Assembly (NCBI RefSeq): GCF_001194135.2
Contig: NC_068998.1
Coordinates: forward strand, 53,604,259-53,668,258
Source: Octopus bimaculoides
Taxonomy: Eukaryota
Length of the DNA: 64,000 nt
Direction: 5' to 3'
Part shown: positions 1 to 13,319 of the stretch, in pieces
Numbering within the stretch: the stretch's first letter is position 1
How the letters are laid out: each line of letters opens with the position of its first letter
Position numbers and translations under genes: made by a program
The notes under the pieces: model-generated
Databases searched by the model: none
What the model saw: only the letters and a program-made list of their open reading frames with translations
What the model was told of the DNA's origin: nothing

Positions 1-3000
1 GTACGTAGTACATATTTAAGTACGTGCGTACGTATGTACATAAGGTAGTTGCGTAGGTACGTACGTATCTACGTACTTACGTATCTACGTACGTACGTAC
101 GTACATATCTATGTTCGTGCGTTGTACGAACGTACATATCTACGAACGAACGTACATACGTACATATCTACGTACGTGCGTACGTATGTATTTACATACG
201 TGCGTACGTACGTATCTACATAGGTGCGTGGGTACGTACGTATCTACATACGTGCGTGCGGACGTACGTATCTACATAGGTGCGTGCGTACGTACGTATC
301 TACATACGTGCGTGCTTACATATCTACATACGTGCGTGCGTACGTACGTAACTACATACGTGCGTGCGTAGGTACGTATCTACATACGTGCGTACGTACG
401 TATCTACAAACGTGCGTACGTACGTATCTAAATATGTGCGTACGTACGTGTCTACGTGCGTGCGTGCGTACGTGCTTACATATATATATATCTAAGTACG
501 TGCGTGCGTGCGTACGTATATATATATATATATCTACGTACGTGCGTGCGTTCGTACGTACGTATATATCTTCGTACGTACGTACGTATATATCTACGTA
601 CGTGAGTGCGTGCGTACGTACGTACATATATATCTACGTACAGGCGTGCGTGCGTACGTACGTACATATATATCTACGTACGGGTGTGCGTCCGTACGTA
701 CGTACATATATATCTACGTACGGGCGTGCGTGCGTACGTACATATATATCTACGTACGGGCGTGCGTGCGTACGTACATATATATATATATCTACGTACG
801 TGCGTGCGTGCGTGCGTACGTACGTACGTATGTATCAAGGTACGTGCGTGCATTCGTACGTACGTACGTATATATCTACGTACGGGCGTGCGTGCGTACG
901 TACGAACATATATATCTACGTACGGGTGTGCGTGCGTACGTACGTACATATATATCTACGTACGGGCGTGCGTGCGTACGTACATATATATCTACGTACG
1001 GGCGTGCGTGCGTGCGTGCGTACGTACATATATATATATATCTACATACGTGCGTGCGTGCGTACGTACGTACGTATGTATCAACGTACGTGCGTGCATT
1101 CGTACGTACGTACGTATATATCTACGTACGGGCGTGCGTGCGTACGTACGCACATATATATCTACGTACGGGCGTGCGTGCGTACGTACGTACGTATATA
1201 ACCTACGTACGGGCGTGCGTTCGTACGTACGTACATATATATCTACGTACGAGCGTGCGTACGTGCGTACGTACGTATATATCTACGTACGTGCGTACGT
1301 ACGTACGTATATATCTACGTACGTGCGTGCGTGCGTACGTACGTACGTATATATCTACGTACGTACGTGTGTGCGTGCGTACGTACGTACGTATATATCT
1401 ATGTACGGGCGTGAGCGCGCACGTAAGCACGTATATATTTAGGTACCGGCGTTCGCACGCACGTACGCACGTATATAANNNNNNNNNNNNNNNNNNNNNN
1501 NNNNNNNNNNNNNNNNNNNNNNNNNNNNNNNNNNNNNNNNNNNNNNNNNNNNNNNNNNNNNNNNNNNNNNNNNNNNNNNNNNNNNNNNNNNNNNNNNNNN
1601 NNNNNNNNNNNNNNNNNNNNNNNNNNNNNNNNNNNNNNNNNNNNNNNNNNNNNNNNNNNNNNNNNNNGTACGTATATATCTACGTACGTACGTGCGTGCG
1701 TGCGTGCGTACGTACGTATATATCTACGTACGTGCGTGCATGCGTACGTACGTACGTATATATCTACGTACGTGCGTGCGTGCGTACGTACGTACGTATA
1801 TATCTACGTACGTACGTGTGTGCGTGCGTACGTACGTACGTATATATCTATGTACGGGCGTGAGCGCGCACGTAAGCACGTATATATTTAGGTACCGGCG
1901 TTCGCACGCACGTACGCACGTATATAACGACGTACGTGCGTGTGCGCGCACGTACGTACGCACGTATATATCTACGTACGTGTGTGCGCGCTTACGTACG
2001 TACGTATATATCTACGTACGGGCGTGCGCGCGCACGTATGCACGTATATATCTACGTTCGGGCGTGCGCGCGCACGTAAGCACGTATATATTTAGGTACG
2101 GGCGTGAGCGCGCACGTACACACGTATATATCTACGTACGGGCGTGCGGGCGCACGTACGCGCGTATATATCTACGTAGGGCGTGCGCGCGCACGTACAC
2201 ACGTATATATCTACGTAGGGCGTGCGCGCGCACGTACGCGCGTATATATCTACAAACGGGCGTGCGCGCGCACGTACGCACGTATATATCTACGTACGAG
2301 CATGCGCGCGCACGTATGCACGTATATAAATACGTTCGGGTGTGCGCGCGCACGTAAGCACATGTCTATCTACGTACGGGCGTGCGCGCGCAGTACGCAC
2401 GTAGATATCTACATACGGGCGTGCGCGCGCATGTACGTACATATATATCTANNNNNNNNNNNNNNNNNNNNNNNNNNNNNNNNNNNNNNNNNNNNNNNNN
2501 NNNNNNNNNNNNNNNNNNNNNNNNNNNNNNNNNNNNNNNNNNNNNNNNNNNNNNNNNNNNNNNNNNNNNNNNNNNNNNNNNNNNNNNNNNNNNNNNNNNN
2601 NNNNNNNNNNNNNNNNNNNNNNNNNNNNNNNNNNNNNNNNNNNNNNNNNNNNNNNNNNNNNNNNNNNNNNNNNNNNNNNNNNNNNNNNNNNNNNNNNNNN
2701 NNNNNNNNNNNNNNNNNNNNNNNNNNNNNNNNNNNNNNNNNNNNNNNNNNNNNNNNNNNNNNNNNNNNNNNNNNNNNNNNNNNNNNNNNNNNNNNNNNNN
2801 NNNNNNNNNNNNNNNNNNNNNNNNNNNNNNNNNNNNNNNNNNNNNNNNNNNNNNNNNNNNNNNNNNNNNNNNNNNNNNNNNNNNNNNNNNNNNNNNNNNN
2901 NNNNNNNNNNNNNNNNNNNNNNNNNNNNNNNNNNNNNNNNNNNNNNNNNNNNNNNNNNNNNNNNNNNNNNNNNNNNNNNNNNNNNNNNNNNNNNNNNNNN

Positions 3001-4071
3001 NNNNNNNNNNNNNNNNNNNNNNNNNNNNNNNNNNNNNNNNNNNNNNNNNNNNNNNNNNNNNNNNNNNNNNNNNNNNNNNNNNNNNNNNNNNNNNNNNNNN
3101 NNNNNNNNNNNNNNNNNNNNNNNNNNNNNNNNNNNNNNNNNNNNNNNNNNNNNNNNNNNNNNNNNNNNNNNNNNNNNNNNNNNNNNNNNNNNNNNNNNNN
3201 NNNNNNNNNNNNNNNNNNNNNNNNNNNNNNNNNNNNNNNNNNNNNNNNNNNNNNNNNNNNNNNNNNNNNNNNNNNNNNNNNNNNNNNNNNNNNNNNNNNN
3301 NNNNNNNNNNNNNNNNNNNNNNNNNNNNNNNNNNNNNNNNNNNNNNNNNNNNNNNNNNNNNNCTACGTTCGGGCGTGCGTGTGTACGTACGCACACATAT
3401 ATCTACGTACCGGCGTGCGTGCGTACGTACGTACGTATATAACCTACGTACGGGCGTGCGTGCGTACGTACGTACATATATATCTACGTACGAGCGTGCG
3501 TACGTGCGTACGTACGTATATATCTACGTACGTGCGTACGTACGTACGTATATATCTACGTACGTGCGTGCGTGCGTACGTCCGTACGTATATATCTACG
3601 TACGTGCGTGCGTGCGTACGTACGTACGTATATATCTACGTTCGGGCGTGCGTGTGTACGTACGCACACATATATCTACGTACCGGCGTGCGTGCGTACG
3701 TACGTACGTATATAACCTACGTACGGGCGTGCGTACGTACGTACATATATATCTACGTACGAGCGTGCGTGCGTGCGTACGTGCGTACGTACGTATAAAT
3801 CTACGTACGTGCGAGCGTGCGTGCGTTCGTACGTACGTATATATCTACGTACGTACGTGCGTGCGTGCGTACGTAAGTATATATATCTACGTACGTGCGT
3901 GCATGCGTACGTACGTACGTATATATCTACGTACGTGCGTGCGTGCGTACGTACGTACGTATATATCTACGTACCTGCGTGCGTGCGTACGTCCGTACGT
4001 ATATATCTACGTACGTGCGCGCGTGCGTGCGTGCGTACGTACGTACGTATATATCTACGTACGTACGTGTG
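1..4071. repeat. Complex CpG-rich satellite, ~28-40 bp units of type TACGTACG-TATATATC-TACGTACG-(TGCG)n, interrupted by two gaps
   Basis: Built almost only from TA, CG and TG/CA steps, with a recurring TATATC|TACG junction and dense TACGTA/CGTACG palindromes. All long ORFs here (RTYV/YIY repeats) are repeat translations. Confidence 0.97.
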
Positions 4072-5274
4072 NNNNNNNNNNNNNNNNNNNNNNNNNNNNN
4101 NNNNNNNNNNNNNNNNNNNNNNNNNNNNNNNNNNNNNNNNNNNNNNNNNNNNNNNNNNNNNNNNNNNNNNNCCACGTACTTCCCTGCGACCACATTTCCA
4201 TTGTAATTTTATTAACCTAAGGAGAGAATATTAAAGTTGAACCAAACCAGATTTAAACTTAGATCGTAAGAGGACGTACTTATTTACCGCAACCCAATAT
4301 TATTAAAAGTAATAATAACAATAGTAATAATAACGATTTCTAAAACATGAAGAGATGCATTTCATATATTGTCTCATTTTTATTGTGACAAATACATTTA
4401 TAACCCTTCCTGATATTGTTTAATCGTGTGCAAGGAATTAACGATTATAAACTAGGCAATGGGCTTGAGGCTGCTGAACAATTAGGATTTAATTAAGTTA
4501 TAGAGTTTGCAACAATAGTAAGCATTATTCTAGTTTTATTTTCTATTTAGTCTAACTTCTTACTTCAAACCCCTCTTTTACTGGCATACTTTCGGACGTC
4601 AACAGATAAAAGCGGCATCTAATGCAAGATGAGCTTAGTTACCGCTAATGGCATAACATTCGAACACATGTTATGATAAATAGACTAATACTATAGAGTT
4701 TTAAAAACATTGGCACAAACATTGTCAAAGAATCAATTTTGACATTTTTTTCTTCGGGCTAATAAAAAGAATCGAAATCTGGTTGATTTATTCGACAAAC
4801 TATGTGCCCTTGGGGCCAAGTTAGTAAACATTAACCTTTTCATCATCTGCAATCGATACAGTAACCGCACTTAGCATGTACTGGCTTCACTTCAATCAAA
4901 TACATCAATCGATAGAGTGGCTTAGTGCTGAAGTTAGATAATCATAACTCGTAGGATCCTTATTAGCCTTTTTATTTAGAAAATAAAAAAGGTTATTGTA
5001 AAAAAAAAAACGAACAAACGTGGAAAGAATGAATTGAAACCAATCAGCTTCCGATATCAGCGGATTGTGAACTCAGGATGTAGAGTAAATCATTTACTCC
5101 AACGCTCTACCGATTCCTCCATCAGCCTCCATAGATATTGTTAACAGTTAGCATAACAATAAGGATCAATTGCCTGTCTCCAAAACGTCTCATTCACACA
5201 AACGAACGTGTTACGAAATAAATAAGAAATAACACGATTTTGTCGCAGAACATTTTAGATTACATTTGCTTTTA

Positions 5275-5530
5275 TTTCTTACTTATTTTAATGATTAGAG
5301 TGGGGGCCACGCTTGGACACCGCCTTCAAGAATTTTCAGTCGAATTAATTGACCCCAGTAATTCTTTTAAGCCGGAATTTAATCTATCGCTCTCTATAGC
5401 CGAGGCGTTAAGTTACGGGCACGTAAACACATGAATACCAGTTGTAAACAGGGCGGTGGGAGACAAATATACACACATATACGAAGGGCTTCTTTCAGTT
5501 TCCGTCTATCAAATTCACTCACAAGGCTTC
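5275..5530 (-). mobile_element. SINE family B, 5'-truncated copy
   Basis: Reverse complement matches the 46226-46590 copy (GTAGACGGAAACTGAAAGAAGCC, CCCGTAACTT, GGGGTC-ATT-TTCGAC blocks). Confidence 0.8.
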
Positions 5531-6774
5531 CAAATTTTAAAATTTCCCAACAATTACCCAAAACACTGGTGAAAAAGACAATGGTAAAAAAATACCAAAA
5601 TCTTTTCCAATCTTTTGTCTTCTCTCACACACAAACACACCTATGTGCTATATTTGAACAATACTATTTCACTTTGATATTTTCTGCTGTATTTCTCCAC
5701 CATATGCATGTAGTTTGTTTGGAAAAATAAAGTTCATAACTTATTTTTTATCAAAATTACTAAATCATTTCAATGCCAACGCTTCAAGAAGAAGCGGTGA
5801 CGCTTTGTCCTCCACTCTTATAAACCTTTCATTGACCACACGCCACAAATATATAACCACCTCGACAATGAGTTAACAATGGCCAGTATAATTTGTTGTA
5901 CGTCAACGATGACCTCTTTTACTAATAAAATAAATGATACTCTCCCTCCCACCTCTGTACAATTGAATATGTTTATTATTAATCAGAGCATGAAAGCGGC
6001 GTGGTGGTAAAATGGTTAGGATGCTGGACAAAATACTCCTCAAAGGTCGTCTTTGGAGTTCAAACTCCTCCAAGGTTGTCTTTGCGTTTCAGCATTTTGG
6101 GTTCTATAAAAACAAGTGCTGAGATGGATGGGGTCGACATCCTCCACCCCCTCGAAAACTTGATTGTCTATCAAAATATGAAATCAGTTTTTTGGTTGTA
6201 ACAGAATAAACTTTTGCCAAGCTCTAGCAAGTAAATCTATTGTGGACTTCTAAATGTAATCATTCTTTTATTATAGCAATTTTCTTATTCAAAATTTGAC
6301 TTATATTTAATTTCACAATCATCAAATAAAAGCCAAAGTTTTGCAAACTTTGGTATTTATTCGATGATTGTGAATTTATTCATACGTATTTTATATTGAA
6401 CGTAATAAAATTCTGTAAATATGTTGTATACAGATTCACCGAAAGATAATTACTTTTTAAACGCTATATACGGCTCTGTATGTTTGTATACAGGTACATC
6501 TAGATAGACAAAGAGTACTTTTTCTTTCGTTTCAACACAATACATCGAAAAATTGCGACTGAGTCAGTGTTTAATCATGTTTTTTTCATATTTTTCATAT
6601 TTTCCTTATTTCTTTGTTATTGATTTGGAGCAACAACAAAACAATTAAGTGAAATTCATTAAGTCTTCAAGAACATCTTGAAGTAATCTTCTGGAATAAA
6701 AACTGGTGGTGACACCTTGTGGCAGTGTTTTTGTAGTAGAAGCCAGTAGATATACAGAAATATAGATATATAAA

Positions 6775-6802
<28 letters not shown>

Positions 6803-6805
<3 letters not shown>

Positions 6806-6917
6806 AGTATTGATAGTGACTTCGAAGTTTCGACTATTTATATCATCGGGCTGTGTTACATTTGGATTTATCTTGGCTTTATATATTCTTTGTGAAGTTA
6901 AATTGTTCAGCGGTAGG
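6803..6917 (-). ncRNA. Degenerate hammerhead-ribozyme-like repeat, left arm of an inverted pair
   Basis: Minus strand reads CCGATGA (6849-6843), 11 nt, GAAA, stem III ACT-TCGA-AGT, then C, giving a GUC cleavage triplet. Stems I and II are decayed and U4 is replaced by C. Confidence 0.5.
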
Positions 6918-6952
6918 CGAAGCTCTGTAAAATTATCATTACGTTGCTACAA

Positions 6953-7072
6953 CCTACCTTAAAACCAAATTCCCATTGAATAGAGTTTCAAAGAGACAAG
7001 ATGACCCCGGATATACCACAGTCCGATGATTGTTTGAGAGGGGGAAACTTCGAAGTAAGTGGTATTACTATT
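6953..7072 (+). ncRNA. Degenerate hammerhead-ribozyme-like repeat, right arm of an inverted pair
   Basis: CCGATGA 7023-7029, GAAA 7044-7047, stem III ACTTCGAAGT 7047-7056, H17=A. Stem I ATACCAC (7013-7019) pairs with GTGGTAT (7059-7065). Stem II is not paired. Confidence 0.55.
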
Positions 7073-8127
7073 CTTCTTAAATTATAATGCATGTACATCT
7101 GCAGGTTCATGGCTTAGTTATGAGTCTATGTAGAGCTCGCTTGGTGAACATAGAAGTACTCTGACGTCACCTAGTATGTTGCAAAATGTGTAAGGTAATA
7201 TTAGAATGGTCAGTCTAGACAATTTACGCCACGGACAAAACGATTCGCCTTTCTTTCCATTAAAGAAGTGTTTGTATTAAATATTGGTGCGAGATGTGAG
7301 TGACTTCAGTACTGTATCTGGTGTAGCGGACAATATGTTGCTTTTGGCAGAATGTAATCAGCAGTAGAAGGTAAGGTTTGGCATATTTTTTTGCTACATA
7401 GTTATACATGCATATATTAGTTTCATTACTATAAAAATTTATCTAATTAAACTAATACAAGAATCTGCTGTAAAAATTATTACATAATAAGTAATAACTT
7501 TTAATAAAAATCATTGCGGACGAATATTTCTGTTGCATACTAGTATTGAATTTTAATTTTCTTGCCTCAGCAGTCTTCTAACTTATGACATTTATATTCA
7601 TTCTAGTAAGCGCTTACTTGGGTTACTGCTCGTTAAATCGATAGTATGTCGTATAGCCATCCAAACTGTCTAGCTTTCATACCCTGTCAGTGGTGTTGAA
7701 TTAATCTGAAAACCAATAAACTTAACTCTTGCTGGCTCAGACCTCACTTAGTACTAAATATATACTATCATGATTTATATATCATTGATAAAATAAAAGG
7801 CAGTACTAAATCATTGGCAGGAATAGCGTTTATTTACAGGGCAGTGCTTAAATCTTCCCGTGAATAAATGTTGTGGCGTGATTCACCATATCAGTATTGC
7901 TCTTCGACAGCTAAAATGAATGCGAAGATATTTTTTTCTGCACCGACAAGAGAACATGTATACAACTGTACGACCGCAACAACTTGGCAGCCATCGCTGT
8001 AAACCATGGCTGTGTGTCTTCAAAAGCGAACGATTAATGAGGAAAATGATAGGACTGCTTATCAGGAAGGTTTACGATCACATGTATGCATATTACGCTA
8101 CCTCATCTTTCCTAAATGCCTGATAAT

Positions 8128-8169
<42 letters not shown>

Positions 8170-8355
8170 NNNNNNNNNNACACACACACACACACACATA
8201 CACACACACACACACACACACATAAATATGCATACATAAATACAATAAATACATACATGCATACATATATACAATCATACATAAACACACACAGACATAC
8301 ACATATATACACAATTATATATATATATAGTTATATACGCATATACATACATGTC

Positions 8356-8909
8356 TACGAGGTCTGATCAAAGAGTATTGGAAGTAGTCCTATAAAAATG
8401 AAACAACAGCACATATTTATTTGGTATTTAATGATCTCCGAATTAGTTTCCATTCTCAAGCCATACACTTTATCCAGCATCGTTTTGATGGAATGAGGAC
8501 CGAAATTAGTTTTTTGTAGACAGCGCGTAGCTGTCTCGTTCCATAATCTCGGATTTTGGACGCCTTGAAATCGTGTTGGGGGTTCTTCCTCGGCAAAGAC
8601 TGGGCCTCGATCTTGAGTCATGGTCAAGGTACCACGATTCGTCACCTAATATGGCAGTTTTTAAAAAGTTTCCGTCTTCCTCGACGCACTCAAGGACATC
8701 TGGAACCGGATCTTCAGTTTGAGACAACCACATCCTAGACACTGTACTTCCAAGCCCTACTGCAAACTATGGAAGTGAGTAACAATATTATAAATGAGTG
8801 TCCATATGCGAGAGAGTTCAAGGGGAATCGTACCAAGTAGCTTCCCTCTGCATACTTTTAGCTCCGTTACCATAGCAACAGTCCCGATGCTTTTCGAGCA
8901 AACATCGTA
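8356..8909 (-). mobile_element. Internally deleted Tc1/mariner (mariner-type) transposon fossil, ~550 bp
   Basis: Imperfect TIRs TA-CGAGGTCTGATCAAAGAGTATTGG (8356) and, on the minus strand, TA-CGATGTTTGCTCGAAAAGCATCGG (8909). Minus-strand peptide FLKTAILGDESW carries the first catalytic Asp. C-terminal RCWIKCMA*E resembles the mariner RWxKC..EG.Y end. Confidence 0.85.
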
Positions 8910-9742
8910 TTGTGAAAAATAAAACAGCCTACTCCGACTTTTGGCCATGGCTTCTCAGAATTCTGCAATTCTGTTTCAAATTTCAATATTACATCTACCT
9001 AGGCACTCAACACAACATTTGGAATTCTCAATCAGGTAATGTTTGCACTATGTACAATTTATTTTAATATTCTCTACAACTCATATCAGAGTTCTACGAG
9101 ATAATCAGAATTTTTGAATAAAATTCAATCGACCACATTCCACAAATATCTAACAAATTTTAAAACTAATTGGTTCCGCCTTTAAGGAATAAGGCGACCT
9201 TGCATGTTTCAAATTAATTCTAACTTTATATTGCTTTGCTGAAGTTAGACTGAAGCAATTCATTTGAATTTAATATTCTACTTAACATTTTGTGTACAAT
9301 GATTTGGTAATATTCATAGAAAGCTGTTTGCAATCTCTCTCTCTCTCCCTCTTCCCATCTCTCTCTCCCTCTTCCCATCTCTCTCTCCCTATCTACCTGT
9401 CTGTCTGTCTATCCATCCATCTATCTATCTATCGTCCAGTATTTAGTATCAGCTCATATTGAAGGAAGGACCATGAGCGCAATTATGTCGATAGAAATTG
9501 CGTGTTCGATCACTAGAGTGATCATATCGATGCTTTAAATGTTCGGAATTGTCATGCAAAATTATCACACTATTCTGCCTGAAACTTACGTTAAGCTAAT
9601 TTCTATCTATGGAACACTCAACCACTTGGACACAAATTCAGTGACGAGATTGTGTAAATGATCGAACAAATGTAGATACATCGTATGAACAGACTAAGAT
9701 TTGGTGATTTACGTGTGTGTGTATGTGGGCGAGAGAATGCTT

Positions 9743-9773
<31 letters not shown>

Positions 9774-9962
9774 GGAGTCAGTATATATAGTTCCGTTTGT
9801 TGGTGTGCAAGAAGAAGGTAATAATGTTGAGTATGAGTATAAGGGGGAGGGAATAACGGGAAACAGAAAACGGAGAGCTGAGAGAAATCGGGAGTGGGTG
9901 GAATAGATCTATAAATGTAACGAGAGAATTTTATGCGAAAAATTATTGATATATAAGTATGC

Positions 9963-10000
<38 letters not shown>

Positions 10001-10156
10001 TGCTCTGTGTGTGTGTAAATATATACATATATGTTTATACATCTATATACACACATATATGTATAAATGTATATATATATACATAAATATATATATATAT
10101 ACATCATGCTCATAAATCTGTGCTTGTGGCTGCGTGCTTGCTCCGTATTTCTTGTC

Positions 10157-10205
<49 letters not shown>

Positions 10206-11059
10206 TTACGGAGAGTAAATCAAAAACATGAAATGCTGGAAAGAAAAACGGGAGAGGGTGAGAAAAGAAAAAGGAAAGAAAAGTCTTTTATTGCATTATA
10301 TGAAAAACAAAATGTTATACTAAAGACAAATACTTTCAGGTACCGGCACCTATTATTGTTTGCCAAATTTGATTCCATCACCAAGGACAATTTGGCATCA
10401 GTTCTAGATAATGCTCGTTGGCTCTCCGCAAATGTGTCCTTTCTCTCTCTCTCTCTCTCCCCCTCTCTATCCTTCTCTCTCTCTCTCTCGATCTTCGTGT
10501 TTCTATGTTGTAATCAAACATGTGTACATATAGCGCACATCCAAACCTGCACACACACACACATATATAGGTATATATGCATACAGGCATATATATATAT
10601 GTATATGTGTATATCAATTACACATGCGGACCAGCGCCCGCATGCATACAGACACACACGTATATATGCATACACAGACACACGTATATATAAATGTATA
10701 TATATATACGCACATATATATATATGCATATGTATACTTTGTATATATATATATATATATGTGTGTGTGCATGCTCGTGTTTGTGTATAGATAGATACGT
10801 ATATATACAGATTTAGATATGAAGACAAACTTGTAGACGTGTACATAAATGTGTGTGTATGTGTGTACGTATATATTATTCACACAAACATATATATACG
10901 CATGTCTATCAGTTTATCCACACTCACTCTCAAACTGTTTCGCTCCCTTTCTTACTATCGTATATTCCTCATACATGGGTCACCCCCACTATTTATTCAC
11001 CCAATGTTTTTTCCTGGAAGTTTCTAAAAACTCTTTCATTCTCAATATATTCTACTTGT

Positions 11060-11272
11060 CAGGCAGTGAGCTGGCAAAATCGTTAGCACACCGGACAAAA
11101 TGCTTAGCAGTATTCCGTCTGTCTTTAAGTTCTGAGTTCAAATTCCGCCGAGGTCGACTTCACCGTTTATTATTTCGGGGTCGATAAATTAATTACCAGT
11201 TGCGTACTGGGGTCGATCTAATCGACTGGCCACCACCCCAAAATTTCGGGCCTTGTGCCTAGAGTAGAAAAG
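11060..11272 (+). mobile_element. tRNA-derived SINE family A, full length, with 16-bp TSD
   Basis: Head GAGCTGGCAAAATCGTTAGC, B-box GAGTTCAAATTCC, internal GGGGTCGA pair. Flanked by AATATATTCTACTTGT (11044-11059) and AATATATCCTACTTGT (11273-11288). Confidence 0.9.
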
Positions 11273-11672
11273 AATATATCCTACTTGTGCTTTTTCTTGT
11301 TCTTTGCAATTCCATCTTTCCATTCTCTTTAAGACTATCTCTTTCACTTTCTGCGATATTTTTGGCTTCCTTCTTTAAACCAATACAATGCTGTGACGTT
11401 CTTTGATTCTCTTTTTTTCTTTATTATTTTCGTTTTCGTCATATTTTATTATTCCTTCTTGCTTAGCACTTCTCTTTCACACATGTTCCAGAAGTTTCTT
11501 TCCTTACCATAGATTTCTACAGATTGCTTGAAACTCACTAACTCCCTACATCTTGATCCTTGGATTTTACCTTTACACATCTATCTATCTATCTCACTAG
11601 CTATCTGTATATCTATCTATCTATCTATCTAGATATATATATATATATATATGCATATAGATAGATAGATAG

Positions 11673-11705
<33 letters not shown>

Positions 11706-11709
11706 TATA

Positions 11710-11740
<31 letters not shown>

Positions 11741-12145
11741 TGAATATACCCAAACGTACCCAAGCACATCTTTAATCTGTTTTCTATTTGAATATTTCAT
11801 CTTTAGCAAATGTCATTTCATATTGTGCTATCATTTTCTTGGTAGGTTCTCAATATCAGCTGCATCCTCTCTCTCCCTCTCGACTCTCCCCTCACATTTC
11901 TTGCTCCTTTTTTATCTCTATGAATGTCAACATTATATATCCTTTTCCAACATTAAATACCCCGTTTTCCATCTGTTATTTCTCATCCTATTCAAAAAGA
12001 CCTGGATATCTTTTATATCACCACTCCTGTTCCTATTATTTAAATCAATTTTCGTGTAATATTTTTATTATTCTTTTAATAATTGGTTTCCATTCGTTCT
12101 CCCAATACAAATTGCACCTAGATGTATGCATGTATGAGTAGAAGC

Positions 12146-12212
<67 letters not shown>

Positions 12213-12654
12213 TGAGTAAAAATAAATACAAAAAAAGGGGTTTTTATGATAGTGTATATATGTATGTATATGTACACATGCTTATATGTGTGTGTATGTG
12301 TGTGCATTATGTATCTATATATATATATACATATGTTTTAAATAATTCCCACTTTCAGAATATGTGGTTGCTGATTCTCATATAAAGAAACTTTTATCTC
12401 TATTACTGTATATCTATCTAGTAATCCATCTGTCTGTCCATCCATCCATGCATATCTATCTATCCATCCATCTATCTCTCTCTCCTTTTCTCTGTCTCTC
12501 CATATCCCTTTTTCTCTGTGTACGTATACACATACACAGACACACAAACGCACACACATATTTACGCCTGCTTATGGATTCATAAATATAAGAATTATAT
12601 ATATATATGCGTATCTGAGAACGTGGGTGTCCACATATATACATACATACACAT

Positions 12655-12762
<108 letters not shown>

Positions 12763-13319
12763 CGTACACCTATATATCCCATTAACTCGTTGACATATCT
12801 TTTTTGCTCGCTAACAAAAAGTAATAAACGATGAAGACATTTGTGAATACTTAAAACAAACACATACGTAAATTCTCCTACAGACACATAGTACATACAT
12901 ACATACATACATACAGAAACATACACACACAAGCGCGTGCGCCCACATACACATGCAGCACGATAAATACTCACGAACCATCATTGGTTTAGAAACGAAA
13001 AAATATATATTTCACGCGCTAATAATTTAACGCTGTGAAAAACGACAGCGCAAGTTGTGACGCTGCTGTATGCAGCATATAACAGTTCACTCCATATCTT
13101 ACATGGTCTTTTTTTTTTACCTCGGCAAAAAAGACAAAGGAAAAGTATACAACAATAATAATAATGATAAGAGCAATTCAGTGATAATAACAATTGTAAA
13201 AGAAAGAGTAAAATGTTGACAATGTTAAATGACATTCCAATTGAAATCGTAACATTCCCATTATATTAAGACTCTTCTATCAGGTTTCTTTCTTTTTTTA
13301 TCTCAACATTACGCCAATG

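Noticed and set aside
1340-1927. ~140-bp exact duplication (…AGGTACCGGCGTTCGCACG… at 1441 and 1890) across a gap
   Set aside because: One copy ends exactly at the gap edge; likely unmerged overlapping contig ends rather than biology.
49-4234. Long ORFs of 200-600 aa (RTYV/CVRA repeats)
   Set aside because: Satellite translations; alternating R/Y sequence rarely contains stops, and several ORFs run through N gaps.
7085-7200. CTGCAG|...AAG|GTAATA bounded segment
   Set aside because: Stops in all three frames.
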